The notes under the pieces: model-generated
What the model was told of the DNA's origin: nothing
Database searches by the model: none
What the model saw: only the letters and a program-made list of their open reading frames with translations
Position numbers and translations under genes: made by a program
DNA from: Verrucomicrobiota bacterium
Lineage (GTDB): Bacteria; Verrucomicrobiota; Verrucomicrobiia; Limisphaerales; JADLHS01
Direction of reading: 5' to 3'
NCBI GenBank assembly: GCA_004297495.1
Contig: SCTL01000495.1
Location: forward strand, 1-27,566
Length of the DNA stretch: 27,566 nt
Part shown: positions 8,089-16,446 of the stretch, piece after piece
Numbering within the stretch: position 1 is the stretch's first letter
Layout of the letters: the number at the start of each line of letters is the position of its first letter

Positions 8089-9480
8089 TCAAAGCTCGAT
8101 CTCGTCGCCAAGCATTGGCAACACCGCCTGGATGCCATAACGCTGCTGGATGAGTTGCGCCAGCGGTTTGCGGCCTTTTTCTTCACCGTGAGTCAGGACC
8201 ACGCGGGGCCGTTGATGAGCCGGACACGAGAACCATTCCATCAAATCCGTCTGGCCCGCGTGCGCGCTGAATCCGCCGAGCGTATGCACCGTGGCGCGGA
8301 CGGGAACGCGCTCGCCGAAAATGGAAACTTCCTTGTCGCCGTCCACGAGATGGCGACCGAGCGAGCCGGGCGCTTGAAAGCCGACAATCATGACCACCGT
8401 CCCCGCGAGCGGCAGCCCTTGGCGTAGATGATGGACAATGCGCCCGGCGTTGGCCATGCCTGCGCCGGCGAGAATCATGCAAGGCCCGGTCATCTCGTTC
8501 AGCTTCTTGGAATCATCGCCGGTCACGGAGTGCTGCATTCGTTCGAGGCGCTGGAGCAAACCTTTCTCCTTCACCATGCGCTTCATGTCCTCGTCGTAAA
8601 GCTCGGGATGATGCACGTAAATCTCCGTGGCTTGGATCGCCATCGGGCTGTCAAGGACGACGGGAAAACGCGGCACGACGCCGTCGTCGAACATTTCGGC
8701 GAGGTGATAGAGAAGCTGTTGCGCGCGACCGAGGGCGAAGGTGGGCACCAGAATTTTTCCTTTTTCCTTCACGGCCTTGGCGACGATTTCGCGAAACTGC
8801 TTCACGGTGTCCGCCAAGGTTTGGTGATCCCGGTCGCCGTAAGTGGATTCAAGAAACACGAGGTCGGCGCGGGTCAGGCACGCGGCATCGCGCAGGATGG
8901 GCGCGCCGCGCGGGCCGATGTCGCCGGAGAAGATCACCGTTTTCTTTTTCCCGGCTTCCGCGATTTCCATCTCGATGCTTGCCGAGCCGAGCAGATGGCC
9001 GGCTTCGTACATCCGCACAGTCACGCCGGGCGCGACCGTCGTGGGATTCACATACGGCAACGGTTTGAACAGCGCCACCACGCCCGCGACATCGGCCACA
9101 GTGAATAGCGGCGGCTGCGCCGCTTCGCCGCGCTCGGCGCGTTTGCGATTGATGCGCTCGGAGTCGTGCTCCTGGATTTTTCCCGCGTCTTCGAGAACAA
9201 GCTTGGCCAGTTCCAGCGAAGCGGGCGTGGCGTAAATCGGCCCGTGATAACCGGCCTTCACCAGCAGCGGTAATCGCCCCGTGTGATCGAGGTGCGCGTG
9301 AGTGAGCACGACGGAGGTCAGCTTGTGCGGGTCGAGTTGCGGCGGGACGACGTTCGCGCCGGAGGACAGTTCGCGCCCTTGGAAGAGTCCGAAGTCCACC
9401 AGCACCGAGGCTTCGTTCGTCTGGACGTGATAGGCCGAGCCGGTGACTTCGCCGGCGGCGCCGTGGAGAGTGATTTTCAT
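8089..9480 (-). CDS. MBL-fold metallo-hydrolase with beta-CASP/RNA-specificity domain
   Basis: MKITLHGAAGEVTGS, VDFGLFQG, THAHLDHTG (HxHxDH), AGHLLGS, FSGDIG, ESTYG, FSAHAG, LTHGE. Start moved to 9480. Confidence 0.93.
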   Translation of the reverse strand: MKITLHGAAGEVTGSAYHVQTNEASVLVDFGLFQGRELSSGANVVPPQLDPHKLTSVVLTHAHLDHTGRLPLLVKAGYHGPIYATPASLELAKLVLEDAGKIQEHDSERINRKRAERGEAAQPPLFTVADVAGVVALFKPLPYVNPTTVAPGVTVRMYEAGHLLGSASIEMEIAEAGKKKTVIFSGDIGPRGAPILRDAACLTRADLVFLESTYGDRDHQTLADTVKQFREIVAKAVKEKGKILVPTFALGRAQQLLYHLAEMFDDGVVPRFPVVLDSPMAIQATEIYVHHPELYDEDMKRMVKEKGLLQRLERMQHSVTGDDSKKLNEMTGPCMILAGAGMANAGRIVHHLRQGLPLAGTVVMIVGFQAPGSLGRHLVDGDKEVSIFGERVPVRATVHTLGGFSAHAGQTDLMEWFSCPAHQRPRVVLTHGEEKGRKPLAQLIQQRYGIQAVLPMLGDEIEL

Positions 9481-9591
9481 GGCTGCCGGGATGAAAGGCG
9501 ATTGCGCGCGCCGGTTCAAGCAACTTTCCAAAAATCTCCGGCGCATTTCCCCTGCTTGTCGCCGCGCGAAGTTGTGACAATAATCCTCCGC

Positions 9592-10836
9592 ATGACGCGA
9601 TGGCGATTTGAATGGGTTTATCGGTTCGGGCTGGCGTTGCTGCTGGCCACGGCGTTCTGGGCCGTGTGGGCCAATGCCGCTGAACCAGCCAAAACCAATG
9701 ACACTTCCGCGGTGACCACCAACACTCCGCTCGGCTCGTTCGGCGTGACCAACGCCCTCACGCGCTCGCTCTCACACGTGCGCTGGCTGAGCGAAACGCG
9801 CCCCCTCGGCGAACCTCTCTGGAAATACGTGGCCTCGATCATTTACATCTTCCTCGCGTTCTATGTCGCGCGGCTCGTGGATTTCATCATCAACGGCTGG
9901 CTCAAGCGCTGGGCCGCGAAGACCGAGACCAAATACGACGACTTGATGCTCGAGCTTCTGCGCGGGCCGGTGAAGGTGGTCACGTTCGTCATCTTCCTGC
10001 ACATCGGCCTCGGCGTGTTCGACTGGCCGCCGCGCGCGCAGGTGTTTCTTTCGCGCGTCTTGATCGTGGTTGTGGCGTGTTCGATCACCTACGTGGTGCT
10101 CAAAGTGGTGGACGTTTTCCTCGGCGTCTGGCGCGAGAAATTTGCGTCGGCGGAAGACAAACTGTTCGCGGAACATCTTTTCCCCGTCATCAGCAAAGCT
10201 ACCAAGACCGCCCTGATCATCGCGGCGGTGCTGCTCACGGCGGACAATCTGCACATCGAAATCAAGACGCTGCTCGCTGGTTTGTCCATCGGCGGCCTCG
10301 CGCTCGGCCTGGCGGCGCAGGACACGGTGGCGAATCTCTTCGGCGCGGTGGCGATCTTTTTGGACAAGCCCTTCCGCATCGGCGACCGCATCAAGGTTGA
10401 AGGCGCCGAAGGCATGGTCGAGAGCATCGGCCTCCGCAGCACGCGCGTGCGCAGTCTCGACGGCCATCACGTGACCATTCCGAACAAGATGATGGGCAAC
10501 GCCATCATCACCAACATCACCCGCCGCCCCACCATCCGCACCGAGATGAACATTGGCATCACGTACGACACGCCGATGGAGAAGGTGAAACAGGCGACGA
10601 TCATCCTTGAGGAGATTTTCCGCGCGCATCCCAAGACCGCCGACCTCATCATCAGCTTCAACAAATTTGCGGACTCGGCGTTGAACATCCTCGTCGTCCA
10701 CGTCTGGGACGGCACGGACGCGAAGGAACATTTCGCCGGGATGCAGGAACTGAACCTGACCATCAAGCACCGCTTCGACGCCGAGAAGATCGAGTTCGCC
10801 TTCCCGAGCCAGACGATTTACCTGAAACAAACCTGA
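9592..10836 (+). CDS. Small-conductance mechanosensitive channel (MscS family) with N-terminal extension
   Basis: GLALGLAAQDTVANLFG, DKPFRIGDRI, GMVESIGLRSTRVR, VTIPN, IEFAFPSQT. Start at ATG 9592 (MTRWRF...). Confidence 0.93.
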   Translation: MTRWRFEWVYRFGLALLLATAFWAVWANAAEPAKTNDTSAVTTNTPLGSFGVTNALTRSLSHVRWLSETRPLGEPLWKYVASIIYIFLAFYVARLVDFIINGWLKRWAAKTETKYDDLMLELLRGPVKVVTFVIFLHIGLGVFDWPPRAQVFLSRVLIVVVACSITYVVLKVVDVFLGVWREKFASAEDKLFAEHLFPVISKATKTALIIAAVLLTADNLHIEIKTLLAGLSIGGLALGLAAQDTVANLFGAVAIFLDKPFRIGDRIKVEGAEGMVESIGLRSTRVRSLDGHHVTIPNKMMGNAIITNITRRPTIRTEMNIGITYDTPMEKVKQATIILEEIFRAHPKTADLIISFNKFADSALNILVVHVWDGTDAKEHFAGMQELNLTIKHRFDAEKIEFAFPSQTIYLKQT

Positions 10837-10883
10837 GGCAGCGGGGGCGCGGATCGAAAAATGAGCGGAGGCAAATGCCTTCT

Positions 10884-11066
10884 GTCCCGAAGGGACCTGT
10901 TGAAAATAGCCCGGCGTTTTAACGCCGGGTCGGGATTGCAAGGCGTCGAGTCCCGAAGGGACGGCTGAAACAAGCGCGTTTCCAGCCGTCCCTTCGGGAC
11001 TCGTTTCATTCCCGACCAGGTCCCGGCGTTAAAACGCCGGGCTATTTTCAAATGTTCCTACGGAAC
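10884..11066. repeat. Nested palindromic REP/BIME- or MITE-like element
   Basis: Perfect 30-bp inverted repeat 10900-10929/11022-11051 and perfect 21-bp inverted repeat 10947-10967/10983-11003. GTCCCGAAGGGAC units at 10884 and 10950, its complement at 10988, and a degenerate copy at 11054. Confidence 0.88.
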
Positions 11067-11191
11067 AAAGACAACTTCGCTGTTGCTCATTTTCGATATG
11101 CGCGCAGCGGGGTTTGCCTCCATTGAAAAGTTGCAAAACGCGCCCCAACGGAGGAAGCTGGCGGCGCAAATTTTCAATCACTGACAAGCCT

Positions 11192-12322
11192 ATGAGTTCA
11201 AAAATGATTTTACTTCGCAGTCTGCGCGGGCTGGCGCTCGCCGCCGCCTTTACTTTCATCGCCTCGCCGCTCGTTCGCGCGCAGGAGACCAATGCGCCCG
11301 CCGGCACCAATCAACTCAGCGAAGCCGACGCCGCCTGGGAGAAAGTTCTCGCCACGCTCGAACCGCCGCCGTTGCCGAAGGAATTCCGCGGCGGCAACCC
11401 CACGGCCGAGCAGGTGAAGAAATATCGCGTCGAGCAGGCGCGGCAGGCGGGTCTGGCGGCGGATGCGGCCAAGGATTTCTACACGCGCTACCCCAGCCAC
11501 GCGCAAGCCGGCGAGGCGAAGCAGGAATACGAGCGCTCGCTCGAGATGGCCGTCGAGTTCGGCAACACCAACAAGCTCGCCGAACTCGAACAGGTCGAGG
11601 CCGCGCACCTCAAAGACCCCGGCACGTCCGAGGAAGACCGCTTTCGGATTCGCGTCGGCGCGTTGATGCGCGCCAACCTCAAGCCCGACGAAACCGACAT
11701 GGAGAAACAGATCACCGCATTCGACGGCGTGGCGCGGCAGCTCATGAAGGAATTTCCCAAGAGCGCCGAACCTTACGAGATGATCGCCTCGTTGATGGGC
11801 GGCGTGTCGCCGGAAAAAGCCCGCGCCTACGCCAAGGAAATCGCCGACAGCACCGTGGCCACCGACGCCGTGAAAGCGCAGGCCAAGGCGGCGGTCGAGA
11901 AACTCGATCGCATCGGCAAACCGCTCGCGCTCAGTTTCACCGCGCTCAGCAGCAACAAGGTGGACCTCGCCGCGATGAAGGGCAAAGTGGTGCTCGTGGA
12001 TTTCTGGGCCACGTGGTGCGGCCCGTGCGTGCGCGAACTCCCGAACGTCAAGGCCGCCTACGACAAGCTTCACCCCAAGGGCTTTGAGATCGTCGGCATC
12101 AGCTTCGATCAGGACAAGGCCAAGCTCGCCGCCTTCATCGAGGAGCAGAAGATGACGTGGCCGCAATACTTCGATGGCCTGGGCTGGGGCAACGAGTTCG
12201 GCAAACGATTCGGCATCCAGAGCATTCCCGCCATGTGGCTGGTGGACAAGAAAGGCGTGCTCCGCTCCATCAATGGCCGCGCCGATCTCGAAGGTCAGGT
12301 GGAAAAGCTGCTCGCGGAGTGA
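11192..12322 (+). CDS. Exported TlpA-family thioredoxin-like disulfide reductase with a long helical N-terminal region
   Basis: Signal peptide (MSSKMILLRSLRGLALAAAF...VRA), KGKVVLVDFWATWCGPC, FEIVGISFD, IQSIPAMWLVDKKG. Confidence 0.9.
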   Translation: MSSKMILLRSLRGLALAAAFTFIASPLVRAQETNAPAGTNQLSEADAAWEKVLATLEPPPLPKEFRGGNPTAEQVKKYRVEQARQAGLAADAAKDFYTRYPSHAQAGEAKQEYERSLEMAVEFGNTNKLAELEQVEAAHLKDPGTSEEDRFRIRVGALMRANLKPDETDMEKQITAFDGVARQLMKEFPKSAEPYEMIASLMGGVSPEKARAYAKEIADSTVATDAVKAQAKAAVEKLDRIGKPLALSFTALSSNKVDLAAMKGKVVLVDFWATWCGPCVRELPNVKAAYDKLHPKGFEIVGISFDQDKAKLAAFIEEQKMTWPQYFDGLGWGNEFGKRFGIQSIPAMWLVDKKGVLRSINGRADLEGQVEKLLAE

Positions 12323-12380
12323 TTCGCGTTTTGCGGCGCGCATTCAGCGGTAGAGCGGTTTCGTCAACCCTCCGGCCGGA

Positions 12381-12448
12381 AGGAGCGCGGACGCCTCGTC
12401 CGCGCGAATCGCGAGATAGAAACACGCGGACGAGGCGTCCGCGCTCCT
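12381..12448. repeat. REP-like inverted doublet
   Basis: AGGAGCGCGGACGCCTCGTCCGCG (12381-12404) and its exact reverse complement (12425-12448); each arm is itself a hairpin with a 3-nt loop. Confidence 0.85.
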
Positions 12449-12515
12449 CTGCCATACCGAGCGGTCACCGGAATCGGCCCGCTTTGCCGCCTCTGCGCCG
12501 CAGTGGTGAAAAGGC

Positions 12516-12548
12516 GTTGCCACGGAGACACCGAGACACGGAGGCAAC
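12516..12548. repeat. Short octamer tandem array flanked by a 6-bp inverted repeat
   Basis: CACGGAGA-CACCGAGA-CACGGAGG at 12521-12544, flanked by GTTGCC and GGCAAC. Confidence 0.6.
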
Positions 12549-12654
12549 TGTCGTGTTTGTTTTCCCAATAGGCAGAGCGAACCAGCGCCGAAACGCTGCT
12601 TGACCAGAAATAACGGCGGAAATACTGTCGCCCCATGAACACCGGGATAGATTG

Positions 12655-12682
12655 CATCGTGTGATCGACCTAGATGTTAGGC
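12655..12682 (+). mobile_element. Right half of a putative degenerate attC site (core site GTTAGGC)
   Basis: GTTAGGC at 12676-12682 fits GTTRRRY and lies 13 bp before the next ATG; its exact complement GCCTAAC follows that ORF. Confidence 0.55.
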
Positions 12683-12695
12683 GGGCAACACACGT

Positions 12696-13001
12696 ATGAC
12701 TACAACGCGATTATTGATGATATTCGTCCCGCTGGTTGCGATTTATTCCGTGCTTTTGCTTGTGAGCTACAGGCCTCTGACGCGGACGGCAGGAGTGCGT
12801 TTGCCAAGTTCGACGACACCTGTCGAGACTACTACAGCCGCGGAGCGATCTCGTGGTGAGAGTTCATGCGTCATTGGGCGGGAGCGTCGCTTTGGCATCA
12901 ACCGGGCGGGTTTTTTTCTGCTGGCCACGTTCGGTTACATTGCTCTCTGCGTAGGATTCGCCATTGCGTTTATTCTTATTTCTCGCTCAGATCACACATG
13001 A
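12696..13001 (+). CDS. Small two-TM hypothetical membrane protein (putative gene cassette)
   Basis: Hydrophobic N- and C-terminal segments; visibly more A/T-ending codons than flanking genes; bounded by GTTAGGC and GCCTAAC. Confidence 0.6.
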   Translation: MTTTRLLMIFVPLVAIYSVLLLVSYRPLTRTAGVRLPSSTTPVETTTAAERSRGESSCVIGRERRFGINRAGFFLLATFGYIALCVGFAIAFILISRSDHT

Positions 13002-13008
13002 ATCCGCC

Positions 13009-13092
13009 GCCTAACGCTGCGCAACCGCGAACCCGAGATGGAACAACAATCACGCTGCACCGCTCAGCGGATGCTGCCGGGCCGGCAGGTAT
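13009..13092 (+). mobile_element. Putative degenerate attC site (inverse core GCCTAAC; no intact core site)
   Basis: GCCTAAC (RYYYAAC) at 13009-13015, 7 bp after the stop codon, then GCGAACCCGAG. No GTTRRRY before the next ATG, so the site is decayed if real. Confidence 0.45.
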
Positions 13093-13437
13093 ATGAGCGC
13101 ACCAGAGACCTCAATGACCAGCAGTCAGATTCGCAAGCGCGGGCTCAAGACCCTCGCGCTCGGCGGCGTGGTTTTCGCCGCCATCTTGTGCCTGATGTAT
13201 TGGTTGAGCGCCCACCGGCATCGGTTTCATTTTGCGGTCATCGCGGCCAGCCTGCCGTTTGCGTATGCCGGCAGCGGGTTCATCGAGGTCGTGACGGGGT
13301 CACCGTATCAGCGGCTCGCGCAGAGTTGGATGGGTTTGCGCGGTTGGCAGCGCGGGGTGCTGGGGACGTTCATCGTGTTCGCTGCGCTGGTGATCATCCT
13401 GTGCGTCGTCACCTTTTTCGTGATGATGTTCACCTGA
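13093..13437 (+). CDS. Small hypothetical membrane protein with ~3 TM segments (putative gene cassette)
   Basis: Three hydrophobic segments; followed 7 bp after the stop by GTCCAAC (RYYYAAC). Confidence 0.7.
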   Translation: MSAPETSMTSSQIRKRGLKTLALGGVVFAAILCLMYWLSAHRHRFHFAVIAASLPFAYAGSGFIEVVTGSPYQRLAQSWMGLRGWQRGVLGTFIVFAALVIILCVVTFFVMMFT

Positions 13438-13444
13438 TGGCTGC

Positions 13445-13500
13445 GTCCAACCCGGCACTCCCGCGGGCGGCTGGCCGTCCTAGTTCCGCTTCACCATGTT
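13445..13500 (+). mobile_element. Putative truncated attC left arm
   Basis: GTCCAAC at 13445-13451, then CCGGCACTCCCGCGGGCGGCTGGCCGTCC; the right arm is absent. Confidence 0.35.
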
Positions 13501-15795
13501 GAGCAGTTGAGTCTTCTTCTGCTCGTTGAAGTCCAGGCCGGCCACCCATTTCGCCGTGGCGTCGCGGTCGTAGCGTTGCCAACTGTTGATGATGTTCATG
13601 GCCGAGCTGTAGCGCTGGTTCTCATCCTTCATCAGCGAGACCCACGGTGCCGCCGTCTCCGGCGATTCCCAAGTCAGCGTGTTCACGTAGGATGAGATGG
13701 CGCGGTCGCGGCCCTTGCCGTCGGGTTGTTTGGCCAGCCATTCGCCCGCGCCGTTCGGGTCGTTGCGCGCCCAGTTGTTGATGAGATTCTGCGTGGCGTT
13801 GTCGCGCAGCTTGCCGTCGGGGAAACGGTCCACCCACGCCGCTGCGCCCGCCGGGTCGTTGTAAGACCACGTGCCAAGCACGGAAAGCGCCGCGCTATCC
13901 TGCGCGTCGCCCGCCGGAAGTTTGGAGACGAAATCCGCCGCCGCCTGCGGTGATTCCTGCGCCAGCCCGCGGCTGAGTCCGGCAATGAAACTATTTTTGC
14001 CCTGGCCCTCGGGCATGCGGTTCATCCAATTGATGGCGTTCTCCGAGTCGGATTGCGCCATGGAACTCGCGACGTTGTTGAGGAAATTATTCTGGCCGTC
14101 GCCTTCCTTCATCGTCGAGGCGTATTCGAGCGCGCCTTTCGGATCGGTCTGCGCCCATTGATAGCTGATGCGGCTGAGCGCGTTTTGCTGCAACTGGCCA
14201 TCGGGAATATTCTTCACGTAACCAATCGCGCCATCGAGATCGTAATTTGCCCACGACGACGCGAGGTTGGCGATGAATTCATTTTTGCCCTGCCCGGGCT
14301 GCATCGTGTCGGCGAATTTCACGGCGGCTTTCGGATCGGCGTCGGCGAGCCGCCAGGAAAGATTTTGCAACGCGTTCCGTTTGGCGCTGCCCTCGGGCAT
14401 CGTGCCGAGCCAGTTCAACGCCTCGGTTACGTCGTAGTTCGCAAAGCCGTTGACGAGCTGGCTGATCGCCTGATTCTGCGCCGGCCCGGCGGGGAGCAAC
14501 GCAAGGAAACTCGCCGCCGTCTTCGGGTCTTGATACGAGAGCGAGGAGACGATGTTCTGCAACGTGCGCGCGCGGTCGCCGGTGTTCGGGAGAGTTTGCA
14601 CGTATTTCAGCGCGGCGTCGGCGTCGTTCTGCGCCCACTGACCGATGACGCTGCTGATGAAACTGTTCTTGGTGCTGCCACCGGGCATGTCGTTGGCGAA
14701 CCGCATCGCCGCCTCGGGATCGTTCTGCGCCCATTGATAACTGATGCTCTGATACGCGCGTTGTTGCGATTGTTTGTCGGGCAATTGTTGAATCCACGCC
14801 ACCGCCGCGCTCACGTCGGTGTTCGCCATCGAACCGGCGACCGAGCCGATGACGTCGTTGCGCGTGCGGCCCGCCGGGAGATTGAGCGCGTAATCGGCGG
14901 CGGCTTTGGGATCAGTCTCCGCCCAGCCGGAGATGGCGCTGCGCAAAACGTTTTGCTTGTTGTTGCCGTCGGGCAGGGAAGTGATCCAGGTCATCGCGGC
15001 CTGCGGGTCTTTCTGCATCCAGCGCGTGGCGATGGCTTGATACGCCTGCGAACGCTGCTGAACGGAACCGAGTTCGCCCGCTTTGGTCACGGCGGTCGCG
15101 GGATCGGTCTCGGCCCAACTGTTGAAGATGGAATACAACGCGCCGCTGTAGCGATTACGATCCGAACCGTTCGCGCGAAACATGTCAAACGCCGCGGCTG
15201 GACTTTTTTCCGCGAGTTGTTGCGACACCGCATCCATCGCCTGTCGTCGCAGGCGGCCCTGCGGAAGTTTCGTCGCCCACGCCATCGCGCCGTCCGGATC
15301 GTTGCGCGCCCAGCCGCCGAGCACGGAGGCGGTGGCCCAGTCGCGCGCCTGGCCGTTCGGCAATTTCTGCGCGTAGGCCAGCGCGGCTTGCGGGTCAATC
15401 TCCGCCCAGCGCGAAAGCAGACTGGCGCGAAGCTGGTTGCGCTGGTTCAGCGTGGGGATTTTTTCCACGAGCGCGAGGAGATGTTGCGCTTCGCTTGCCG
15501 GCATCGCCTCAATCCAGCGATACCATTCGCGGCTTTGCTTCGCCGAGCCGGACATCATGGATTGAATCACGTTTTCCAGTTCGGCGGCGGGGTCTTTCGC
15601 CGCGCCGGCCTTGTCGCTTGAACTGCTGCGCTTGCGCGGTGCGAAACTTGATGGCGTGGACGCGGATTCAGTCGTCGCAGTCGCGACAGAGGACGCGGAA
15701 TCTTGACCGGAGGATTTGACGCTGCCGCGCCCGGCCCAAAAAGCGAGCGCGCCGACGACGAGCGAGAGGGCGAGAGCGATTGAAATCGTTTTCAT
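13480..15795 (-). CDS. Membrane-anchored/exported alpha-solenoid protein with 20 tandem ~32-aa repeats
   Basis: Hydrophobic N-terminal helix, S/T-rich linker, then repeats with consensus W-A-x-x-D-P-x-A-A-x-x-W/Y-x-x-x-L/M-P-x-G-x-x-R/K-x-x-A-I-x-x-(I/V)-x-x-x. Confidence 0.88.
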   Translation of the reverse strand: MKTISIALALSLVVGALAFWAGRGSVKSSGQDSASSVATATTESASTPSSFAPRKRSSSSDKAGAAKDPAAELENVIQSMMSGSAKQSREWYRWIEAMPASEAQHLLALVEKIPTLNQRNQLRASLLSRWAEIDPQAALAYAQKLPNGQARDWATASVLGGWARNDPDGAMAWATKLPQGRLRRQAMDAVSQQLAEKSPAAAFDMFRANGSDRNRYSGALYSIFNSWAETDPATAVTKAGELGSVQQRSQAYQAIATRWMQKDPQAAMTWITSLPDGNNKQNVLRSAISGWAETDPKAAADYALNLPAGRTRNDVIGSVAGSMANTDVSAAVAWIQQLPDKQSQQRAYQSISYQWAQNDPEAAMRFANDMPGGSTKNSFISSVIGQWAQNDADAALKYVQTLPNTGDRARTLQNIVSSLSYQDPKTAASFLALLPAGPAQNQAISQLVNGFANYDVTEALNWLGTMPEGSAKRNALQNLSWRLADADPKAAVKFADTMQPGQGKNEFIANLASSWANYDLDGAIGYVKNIPDGQLQQNALSRISYQWAQTDPKGALEYASTMKEGDGQNNFLNNVASSMAQSDSENAINWMNRMPEGQGKNSFIAGLSRGLAQESPQAAADFVSKLPAGDAQDSAALSVLGTWSYNDPAGAAAWVDRFPDGKLRDNATQNLINNWARNDPNGAGEWLAKQPDGKGRDRAISSYVNTLTWESPETAAPWVSLMKDENQRYSSAMNIINSWQRYDRDATAKWVAGLDFNEQKKTQLLNMVKRN

Positions 15796-15938
15796 ATTCC
15801 AATGAGACGGGAACGAAGATTAGATGCCGCGCACGCTACAATGTTCGATGTTTCTCACAAGCGAAATCGCGGCCTCGGCGCGGCGCGAAGATTTCCCTTT
15901 GTTGTGCCCGGCGCATGGTGTTGAATCGCTCTCCGCGT

Positions 15939-16283
15939 ATGAGCGAAACCCATCCGCTAACGACGACGACCTTTGAACTTCCCGGCTATCGCGTGGTCAG
16001 AAACCACGGCGTGGTGCGGGGCATCGTGGTGCGTTCGCGCTCGGTGATCGGCAACTTCGGGGCGCAGTTGCAGAGTCTGTTCGGCGGCAACATCTCGATT
16101 TACACCGAACTGTGCGAGCGCGCGCGGGGCGACGCGTTCAATCAGATGCTCACCCACGCCGGTGAACTCGGCGCGAACGCGGTCATCGGCGTGCGGTATG
16201 ACGCGACCGAGATCGGGCACAGCATCACGGAAGTTTTGTGCTACGGCACGGCGGTGTCGGTCGAGCCGATGAATTCCTTGTGA
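15939..16283 (+). CDS. ybjQ: YbjQ/UPF0145 family protein
   Basis: [59 protein letters not shown]. Start at ATG 15939. Confidence 0.9.
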   Translation: MSETHPLTTTTFELPGYRVVRNHGVVRGIVVRSRSVIGNFGAQLQSLFGGNISIYTELCERARGDAFNQMLTHAGELGANAVIGVRYDATEIGHSITEVLCYGTAVSVEPMNSL

Positions 16284-16297
16284 TGAACTTTTTTTGG

Positions 16298-16390
16298 GAA
16301 CATTCAACCTCCAACATTCAACCTCCAACCTCCCATGAGCTGACTGCGCGCGAGCTTTGGGCGCGTGAGGTTGAAGGTTGGGTGTGGAGT
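16298..16390. repeat. Heptamer tandem array with an inverted degenerate partner
   Basis: TTCAACC-TCCAACA-TTCAACC-TCCAACC at 16303-16330, and GGTTGAA-GGTTGGG-TGTGGAG at 16369-16389. Confidence 0.7.
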
Positions 16391-16446
16391 GCTTCCTTTT
16401 CTGAATTGCGCCCGGCGCATCAAGGACGGGCGCAGGCTGCCGCCGC

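Noticed and set aside
9772-12343. Long minus-strand ORFs 9772-10941 and 11210-12343
   Set aside because: Shadows of mscS and tlpA caused by biased third codon positions.
12364-12657. 97-aa minus-strand ORF with RRYFW, faintly like an IS200 TnpA C-terminus
   Set aside because: Most of it is translated repeat sequence; there is no HUH motif or catalytic Tyr context, so a transposase remnant is unsupported.
14053-15621. 522-aa plus-strand ORF
   Set aside because: Antisense shadow of the repeat protein; no independent features.
10884-16390. Possible CRISPR arrays among the repeats
   Set aside because: No series of identical direct repeats with unique spacers. The repeats are inverted or short tandem units, the 96-nt periodicity is protein-coding, and no cas genes are present.
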